Source: Raphidiopsis brookii D9 (GTDB lineage: Bacteria > Cyanobacteriota > Cyanobacteriia > Cyanobacteriales > Nostocaceae). Taken from it: 32,000 bases of DNA. Position 1 is the first letter of the stretch, and each line of letters opens with the position of its first letter. The position numbers were made by a program, and so were the translations under genes. Shown here in pieces: positions 26,030 to 32,000 of this stretch. The notes below the pieces were generated by a model. It ran no database searches and was not told the DNA's origin. It saw nothing but the letters and a program-made list of their open reading frames with translations. The stretch lies in contig ACYB01000037.1 in assembly GCA_000175855.1 (NCBI GenBank), positions 60,001 to 92,000 on the forward strand, read 5' to 3'.

Positions 26030-28039
26030 TCACCTACCCAGTATTTTATCTCTCAAGGACTTAATGCGATCGCGCAGTTTGGCAGCGTGTTCAAACTCCA
26101 TCTTTTTAGCAGCATCGTGCATTTGTTTTTCTAGGGTAGTAATCAGTTGTGGAATCTCCTCCAAATTCAAATCATGCCATTGTTCATCCACCAGCTTTAA
26201 ATCATTGGCATTTAACCGTCGGGAAACATCTAAAAAGGAAAGAATAGAGTTACCAGATTTTTTAAAAACTGGTTGGGGGGTAATTTTATGTATTTGATTA
26301 TAGGCCATTTGAATTCCCCTTCTTCTATCAGTTTCCTCCATGGCTTTGATCATACTGCCAGTTAAATTATCAGCATACATAATTACTGTACCTCGCAGAT
26401 GACGTGCTGCACGACCAATGGTTTGAATTAAGGAGCGTTCTGCACGTAAGAAGCCCTCTTTATCTGCATCCATAATTACCACAAGAGAAACCTCTGGCAA
26501 ATCTAAACCTTCTCTTAATAGGTTCACACCTACTAAAACATCAAAACTACCATTTCTCAAATCTTGTAAAATTTCAATCCTCTGAATAGAATTAATTTCT
26601 GAATGTAAGTATCTCACCCGAACGGATCGATTTTCTAAATATTCAGTCAAATCTTCTGCCATTCTCTTAGTCAAGGTGGTAATTAACACCCGTTCACTAT
26701 TGTCCACCCTCTGGTGAATTTCTCCCAACAAATTATCCACCTGTCCAGCTGTGGGACGAACGTAAATCTGTGGATCTAACACTCCTGTAGGTCGGATAAT
26801 CTGCTCTACTATATTCTTGCCCGAAATTTCTATTTCCCAGTCGCCTGGAGTAGCTGAAACAAAAATACACTGAGACACTTTTTGCCAAAATTCCTCAGCT
26901 TTTAAAGGACGATTATCCCCCGCACTAGGCAACCGAAAACCATGGTCAATTAAAACTTTTTTCCTAGCTTGATCACCGTTATACATCCCCCGAATTTGGG
27001 GAACAGTAACATGAGACTCATCAATTACTAATAACCAGTCCTGGGGAAAATAATCAATTAAACATTCTGGAGGTTCTCCTGCTTGTCTCCCCGCTAAATA
27101 ACGGGAGTAATTTTCTACGCCGTTACAATATCCTACTTCTCTTAATAGTTCTATATCATAACGAGTCCGTTGATCTATCCTTTGTGCCTCAACTAATTTC
27201 CCTAATTCTTCCAATTTTAATTTATATGCTTTTAACTCATCAGCAATTTCTACACAGGCAATTTCTAATCTCTCTTTTGGCGTGACAAAGTGACGTGCAG
27301 GATAAATACTTATCCTTTCTAAACTACTCATAATTTCCCCATTCACCGGATCCACATAACGTATGGCATCTATGTCATCACCAAAAAATTCTACTCTCAC
27401 AATTCTATCTTCGTACGCAGGCCCAATTTCTATCACATCCCCACGAACTCGGAATTTACCTCGTCCCATTTCTATGTCGTTACGACTATACTGCACGGAG
27501 ATTAATTTCCTTATTACCTCTCTGGGATCTATCTCCATTCCTATTTCTAAATTTATTGCTGCTTTTAAATATTCAGCAGGCATACCCAAACCGTATATAC
27601 AACTAATAGATGCCACAACTATCACGTCTTCCCTTTCAAACAAAGATCGTGTCGCAGAATGTCTCAGCATGTCTATTTCACTATTAATAGCTGATGTTTT
27701 TTCTATATATGTATCCGTAACAGGAATATAGGCTTCTGGTTGATAATAGTCGTAATAACTGACAAAATACTCCACCGCGTTATGGGGAAAAAACTCCCTC
27801 AGCTCATTACACAACTGGGCCGCCAGGGTCTTATTATGTGCCAGCACTAGGGTAGGTTTGCCCACCTTTTCTATCACTGCTGCAATAGAAAAGGTCTTTC
27901 CCGTTCCCGTCGCACCCAGTAGCGTTTGATACCGCTGTTTCCCTTCGATGTTCTTAATCATTTGAGCGATCGCCTGAGGTTGATCTCCAGTGGGGGAAAA
28001 AGGAGCTTGGAGAGTAAATTGGGCCATAATCTGAGCCAA
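26030..28039 (-). CDS. uvrB: Excinuclease ABC subunit B
   Basis: The Walker A motif is GATGTGKTF. Also present are the DEAD-like motif VIDESHVT, helicase motifs, the beta-hairpin region [10 protein letters not shown] and the C-terminal UVR domain [15 protein letters not shown]. An alternative start lies at 28027 (MAQFTL). Confidence 0.95.
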   Translation of the reverse strand: MAQIMAQFTLQAPFSPTGDQPQAIAQMIKNIEGKQRYQTLLGATGTGKTFSIAAVIEKVGKPTLVLAHNKTLAAQLCNELREFFPHNAVEYFVSYYDYYQPEAYIPVTDTYIEKTSAINSEIDMLRHSATRSLFEREDVIVVASISCIYGLGMPAEYLKAAINLEIGMEIDPREVIRKLISVQYSRNDIEMGRGKFRVRGDVIEIGPAYEDRIVRVEFFGDDIDAIRYVDPVNGEIMSSLERISIYPARHFVTPKERLEIACVEIADELKAYKLKLEELGKLVEAQRIDQRTRYDIELLREVGYCNGVENYSRYLAGRQAGEPPECLIDYFPQDWLLVIDESHVTVPQIRGMYNGDQARKKVLIDHGFRLPSAGDNRPLKAEEFWQKVSQCIFVSATPGDWEIEISGKNIVEQIIRPTGVLDPQIYVRPTAGQVDNLLGEIHQRVDNSERVLITTLTKRMAEDLTEYLENRSVRVRYLHSEINSIQRIEILQDLRNGSFDVLVGVNLLREGLDLPEVSLVVIMDADKEGFLRAERSLIQTIGRAARHLRGTVIMYADNLTGSMIKAMEETDRRRGIQMAYNQIHKITPQPVFKKSGNSILSFLDVSRRLNANDLKLVDEQWHDLNLEEIPQLITTLEKQMHDAAKKMEFEHAAKLRDRIKSLRDKILGR

Positions 28040-28126
28040 ACAAGATGATTATATTGTAGCCGTTTCGGGATAAACTTTAGTATATGAAAAAATGGATTCT
28101 GTTAATATCCTAAGGGAGATAAAAAA

Positions 28127-28480
28127 GTGGAAGAAAATCAACAAAGCAATACAGAGCAGACTGGTCAAGGAACAATTGTCATAGCAGGAGAACGTCCCAT
28201 TGGTAGCAGTGGATTGCAGGTAGCTGCAACAGTCTCCATTGCCGGCTTACGTCCTATTAGCACCAGCACCTTACAAGTAGTGGAAACTTACAATGCATTA
28301 GGTATTCGCCCTATTGGTGCCAACACGTTTACTGTCGTCAATAGTATTAACCTATCCGGAACTCGTCCTGTTGGGTCCAGCTCCTTAGTAATTTCAGAGA
28401 ACTACTCAGTTTTTGGCAATCGTCCCATAGCGTCAAATGAAATTGATGATTCTGGACTATTAATGGGTTTTCTCGACTAA
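28127..28480 (+). CDS. Small repeat protein of unknown function made of five tandem 19-aa G-x-R-P-[IV] repeats
   Basis: The GTG start is preceded by a strong Shine-Dalgarno sequence (TAAGGGAGA). The repeats are IVIAGERPIGSSGLQVAAT / VSIAGLRPISTSTLQVVET / YNALGIRPIGANTFTVVNS / INLSGTRPVGSSSLVISEN / YSVFGNRPIASNEIDDSG, with a 57-nt period. Third-position divergence between repeat units is consistent with selection on the protein. Confidence 0.7.
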   Translation: MEENQQSNTEQTGQGTIVIAGERPIGSSGLQVAATVSIAGLRPISTSTLQVVETYNALGIRPIGANTFTVVNSINLSGTRPVGSSSLVISENYSVFGNRPIASNEIDDSGLLMGFLD

Positions 28481-28649
28481 CCTAGCGGTGTTATTTTCTT
28501 GTAAATAGCTCAGTAAAACTTATAAGCTGGGCTATTACTCGCAATAACATAATACAAGGTAACCTGATGTAAAGTTTTATGGAAAAATGTCAGTTGAAAT
28601 TATAATATTATGTAATCCCAAATAAAGAAATGTGACAAGGAATCATTTC

Positions 28650-28829
28650 ATGCCATACACAGAAGAAGAGGGCGGTCTGCTCAACAACTTTGCCCAAGAA
28701 CCCAAGGTTTATGAAGCTGAACCTCCAACGGCTAAACAAAAACTGAATTATATAATTTTAGGCGGACTTGGAGCACTTCTAATAGTTGGCGTAATTTTTA
28801 TTGCCTTCGCAGTGTCAAATGCCAGTTAG
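28650..28829 (+). CDS. Single-TM, HLIP-like small protein resembling the Ssl1498/Psb34 family (PSII assembly factor)
   Basis: MPYTEEEGGLLNNFAQEPKVYEAEPPTAKQKLNYIILGGLGALLIVGVIFIAFAVSNAS has the N-terminal ..GG.LNNFA.EPK.Y motif and one C-terminal TM helix that I recall for this family. A terminator lies about 65 nt downstream. The track ORF begins at GTG 28632, and the ATG at 28650 is more likely. Confidence 0.55.
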   Translation: MPYTEEEGGLLNNFAQEPKVYEAEPPTAKQKLNYIILGGLGALLIVGVIFIAFAVSNAS

Positions 28830-28894
28830 AAACCCATCTTTCTAAAACCTTAGCAGTTGATAAAATTCATAAAACTTAATATCCCTGACCATCA

Positions 28895-28927
28895 GGTTCT
28901 CATCTTAGGGGGAGCCTGTATTTTTTT
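28895..28927 (+). terminator. Rho-independent terminator candidate downstream of the Psb34-like gene
   Basis: GGTTCTC (28895-28901) pairs with GGGAGCC (28910-28916) over 7 bp, including two G-U pairs, with an 8-nt loop. After 4 nt there is a T7 run (28921-28927). Confidence 0.5.
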
Positions 28928-29087
28928 GTTCTTTGATAGAATTAAAGAGACTTTAAATATAAATAAGTACGCTTACTATGCTAAATTATCAAAAAACAGG
29001 TTAATGGTAGGGAAAGACCAACGGATCATTCCCTCTCTTGGGCGAAATACCTTTTCAACCTCCCCTATTTAGGCTGTTATAGCCAGT

Positions 29088-31226
29088 ATGAACGTGAATG
29101 AAAATCCCACTACGGATATTTTTACTTTAAATCGGCAAGTATATAGACGTTTAAGACTAGCATTAAGCGTATCCCTACGACGTCAAATATTTTTTGCAGT
29201 ATGTGATAATATAAATATTAGAAATCAGGTAGCCAGCAAACTACATTCTGATTTGGCTTATCCGGTAGAACGGGTGCTGTACCCTATTGGAGCAAAACAG
29301 GGAATTAGCACGCCAGCATATCCTCGATTAGTAACCGTGAGATTAAACCTAAATGATCCCAATCCCATAGCTCAAATTAACCAGTGGTTAGGCAATTACC
29401 CACCACCAAGAGTTGGGAAATCACAAGACTCACCAGGTAAGGTTTTACCAATCCCAGCATTTCAAATTGTGGGGGTAGAGCAGTTGACCAAACAGTCAAT
29501 AGCAGTACAACGGTTATTCTTACATAATTTAAAACTGGGCGAAGAATACTTTAGCAGGAAGCAAAGCACTTCAATTGTAGATTCCAACTTATTATTTTGG
29601 GTTACCCGTCCTTGGTTGTATGCGATTCAACAATCAGCTGGGCAATTTTGGCAATATAGAACAGGTGTATTTATTTTTGAGGGAGAGCCAACAGGAGGTA
29701 TAGAAAATCCTAATTATCCACAGAATTCTTCTGAATTGAGAAGTGTCAGATTAGAAGAATTAGACCCATCTGTAGTTGAGGAATCAACCCTCGTCAACTA
29801 TCAACCTGGTGAAGATAATGGAAAATCTTTGGACAATGAAACTAAGGAAAGTACAGAGGAAGAGAATCAAATAGTTCCCTTTATTACTAATGTTCCTAAA
29901 CTCTCATCTTTTTCACATATTAATCAGGAATTAATTTCCCTAATTCCTAAAACACTCAACCCAAATATTGATGAGGATAGAGATACTAACTGGCAAGTTA
30001 AACAACTACTATGGGAAATTGAGAAGTTAACAATTAACCCCACGCAAGACTCCCAAGAAGAAATTGCTCAGGCCTACCACAACCTAGGAACTTTATATCG
30101 CCTGCGCATTGAACAGGGAGATGCAAATCTAGACAATTTAATGGTAGCAATTATTGCCTATCAGGAATCCCTCAGTTATGATGACACTTCACCTTTAGTC
30201 CCAGACACTTTAAATGATTTAGGTACTCTATATTGGATGCTACATCGCACATCCGTAAGCAGCCAGGAGGCACAAACATATATAGAACAGTCCCTAGAGT
30301 TTTACCAATTAGTTTTAAAGATGATTGAATGTGATAGTCAGCCAGAGATCTATGCTAGAGTGCAAAGTAACTTAGCCACAGCTTATGGTGATCTGGCAAA
30401 ATTTTGTCAGCCCTTAGAAAATTGGCAAGCAGCAATAAAAGCATATAGGGAAACATTGAATTATCGCAAAGAAGAAATGGATTCTCCTAAATATGCTTCC
30501 TGTCAAAATAATTTAGGTACTGCTTATTGGCATCTAGCGCAACATAGTGAACCAGAAAAAATACTTAAACAAGCGATTTCCGCTTATAGTTTAGCCCTAA
30601 GTCATTATCAAGCGGAAAAGGATCCTGTTAAGTATGGAATGATTCAAAATAATATTGGCACTGCTTATTGGAACTTATCCCACTATGAAACACCAGAAAA
30701 GAATTTGCAATTGGCAATAGATTTTTACCAAGAAGCCTTAAAATATAGAACTCCAGAGAATATTCCCATGGGTTGTGCAGTCACCCGTAACAATTTAGGA
30801 ACTGCCTATTGGCAATTGAGCAATCTACCAAATATGAAGGGAGAAAATCGCCAAAATTTACTCAAATTATCTATTGAGACTTATGAAAATACCTTAACTA
30901 TAGCCAACTCTTTTGATCGGAAGGATTTGAGTTTTGATATCTTGGGCACACAAAATAATCTAGCAATAGCTCACTACCAACTCATAACCGATTCACATTT
31001 TAAAGGTGATAAAGAAATTGTTTCCTATCATTTACAAACATGCCTAGATTATTTTTTAAAAACTCTAAATGGGTTAGACGAAAATACACAACCTTATCAG
31101 GAAACATTTAACCAAATTGTCAAAATAATTCGCACTTTCCATCATGAGCTAGGTATTCAGGGGCAAAATCTAGCTCTGTCTAAAATTCCTGGCAGTCTGA
31201 TTCCCAAACTTTTACCTCAGTTATAA
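29088..31226 (+). CDS. Tetratricopeptide-repeat protein with a non-TPR N-terminal domain of about 200 aa and an acidic linker
   Basis: The C-terminal about 400 aa contain reiterated TPR units marked by NLGTLY/NNLGTAYWHLAQ/NNIGTAYWNLSH/NNLGTAYWQLSN, each followed by A...Y..AL. The N-terminal region (RRQIFFAVCDNINIRNQV...) has no motif I recognise. Confidence 0.8.
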   Translation: MNVNENPTTDIFTLNRQVYRRLRLALSVSLRRQIFFAVCDNINIRNQVASKLHSDLAYPVERVLYPIGAKQGISTPAYPRLVTVRLNLNDPNPIAQINQWLGNYPPPRVGKSQDSPGKVLPIPAFQIVGVEQLTKQSIAVQRLFLHNLKLGEEYFSRKQSTSIVDSNLLFWVTRPWLYAIQQSAGQFWQYRTGVFIFEGEPTGGIENPNYPQNSSELRSVRLEELDPSVVEESTLVNYQPGEDNGKSLDNETKESTEEENQIVPFITNVPKLSSFSHINQELISLIPKTLNPNIDEDRDTNWQVKQLLWEIEKLTINPTQDSQEEIAQAYHNLGTLYRLRIEQGDANLDNLMVAIIAYQESLSYDDTSPLVPDTLNDLGTLYWMLHRTSVSSQEAQTYIEQSLEFYQLVLKMIECDSQPEIYARVQSNLATAYGDLAKFCQPLENWQAAIKAYRETLNYRKEEMDSPKYASCQNNLGTAYWHLAQHSEPEKILKQAISAYSLALSHYQAEKDPVKYGMIQNNIGTAYWNLSHYETPEKNLQLAIDFYQEALKYRTPENIPMGCAVTRNNLGTAYWQLSNLPNMKGENRQNLLKLSIETYENTLTIANSFDRKDLSFDILGTQNNLAIAHYQLITDSHFKGDKEIVSYHLQTCLDYFLKTLNGLDENTQPYQETFNQIVKIIRTFHHELGIQGQNLALSKIPGSLIPKLLPQL

Positions 31227-31376
31227 ACTCTTCCCACCCAATTATGTGAAAAAAGAGCAACATATCGTTACAATAGTTAACAAACCCTATTTTATAGATT
31301 GTTGACATGGTACCAAGGGCATTTCTAAAAGGGAATTGTCCACAATTAAACACCCGAAAACACTAATAAAAGCTTA

Positions 31377-32000
31377 ATGATTAGTACAACCCGATCAGAA
31401 ACACACCATCAACCAAAAGTCCTGGCTGAAGCCGAACCAGAACAACTATATTACGACCCTCAACAGATTGCAGCATATTACCAAGATAAACTAGGACAAG
31501 TTTTACAGCGAATATTAGCAGTAATGGTACCTGTACTATCCTTAGTTTTTGCCTTATGGTGGGGTAAAAGGCGAGGAATAGTTGTGGAAAACCACCGCCC
31601 CATAGCCATTCAACTGCGAGAATTGCTGACAAAACTTGGGCCTGCGTATATTAAAATAGGACAAGCTCTATCCACCAGACCGGATTTAGTTCCTCCCATA
31701 TATTTAGAAGAGCTGACTAAATTACAAGATCAACTACCAGCATTCCCCAATGAGATAGCATACCAATTTATCAAAGAAGAGTTAGGTGGTTCACCGGAAG
31801 ATATATACAGTGAAATATCACCCCATCCAATCGCAGCAGCTTCCCTAGGACAGGTTTATAAAGGTAGACTGAAAACTGGGGAAGAAGTAGCAATCAAAGT
31901 TCAGCGTCCAGATTTGCGGGAGAGAATCACCATTGATCTATATATTCTGAGAATTTTAGCTGGTTGGGTGCAAAAAAATGTGAAACGGGTCAGAAGTGAC
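31377..32000 (+). CDS. ABC1/UbiB (AarF) family atypical protein kinase; partial, continuing past the right edge of the window
   Basis: My own translation from ATG 31377 is MISTTRSETHH...LGPAYIKIGQALSTRPDLVPPIYLEELTKLQDQLPAFP...PIAAASLGQVYKGRLKTGEEVAIKVQRP. These are the canonical ABC1 motifs (KLGQ.LS.R.D..P, AAAS.GQVH.A, V.VKVQ.P). The track ORF 31381..31632 on the opposite strand is antisense to this gene. Confidence 0.88.
   Translation, partial: MISTTRSETHHQPKVLAEAEPEQLYYDPQQIAAYYQDKLGQVLQRILAVMVPVLSLVFALWWGKRRGIVVENHRPIAIQLRELLTKLGPAYIKIGQALSTRPDLVPPIYLEELTKLQDQLPAFPNEIAYQFIKEELGGSPEDIYSEISPHPIAAASLGQVYKGRLKTGEEVAIKVQRPDLRERITIDLYILRILAGWVQKNVKRVRSD

Noticed and set aside
23502-27731. Track ORFs 23502..23714 (in smc), 25169..25459 (in parA-like), and 25992..26297 and 27363..27731 (in uvrB)
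   Set aside because: They are antisense to well-supported genes.
28857-29072. 71-aa plus-strand ORF between the Psb34-like gene and the TPR gene
   Set aside because: It has a TTG start and is AT-rich. It reads straight through a good Rho-independent terminator (28895-28927), and its composition is implausible for a protein.
1-32000. Search for tRNA or rRNA genes, CRISPR arrays and long direct or inverted repeats
   Set aside because: No intergenic segment shows tRNA-like T-arm (GGTTCGAATCC-type) or acceptor symmetry. There are no regularly spaced direct repeats and no rRNA-like sequence. Nothing was found to report.

Overview
This looks like a gene-dense, mostly housekeeping chromosomal segment from an AT-rich cyanobacterium, probably a filamentous Nostocales-type organism. 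That assignment is an inference from at least 13 HIP1 octamers (GCGATCGC), psbI, a Psb34/Ssl1498-like peptide, a kinase-less KdpD, and cyanobacterial-style FtsH, NrtR and DUF3769 genes. I support about 25 coding features.

Genes in order:
- A peptide-export operon on the minus strand at the left edge: an IS630-type HTH gene, a cNMP-binding/C39-peptidase ABC transporter, and a HlyD adaptor.
- psbI, which is absent from the ORF track.
- An OstA/LptD-like DUF3769 protein.
- A 55-aa remnant of a DNA cytosine-5 methyltransferase.
- A membrane GTPase with a DUF697 domain.
- fni, the type-2 IPP isomerase.
- sppA.
- A nadD-nrtR-nadE NAD operon.
- ftsH.
- A tight operon of an eRF1-like protein, a truncated KdpD/Usp and an RsmB/F-like m5C methyltransferase.
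- smc.
- An orphan ParA-like ATPase.
- uvrB.
- A 117-aa protein made of five 19-aa repeats.
- A Psb34-like single-TM peptide.
- A TPR protein.
- The 5' part of an ABC1/UbiB kinase.

I saw no tRNA, rRNA, CRISPR array or intact mobile element.

Three genes (nadE, kdpD-like, parA-like) are each broken by a frameshift inside a G/C homopolymer. In every case one extra base in the run restores a textbook conserved motif. This points to systematic homopolymer undercalling in the assembly rather than real pseudogenes.

The candidates I consider most worth follow-up are the eRF1-like/KdpD-Usp/rRNA-MTase operon, the cNMP-gated PCAT operon with a transposase-derived HTH gene and no visible cargo, and the 19-aa-repeat protein. 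None can be called a new system from sequence alone.
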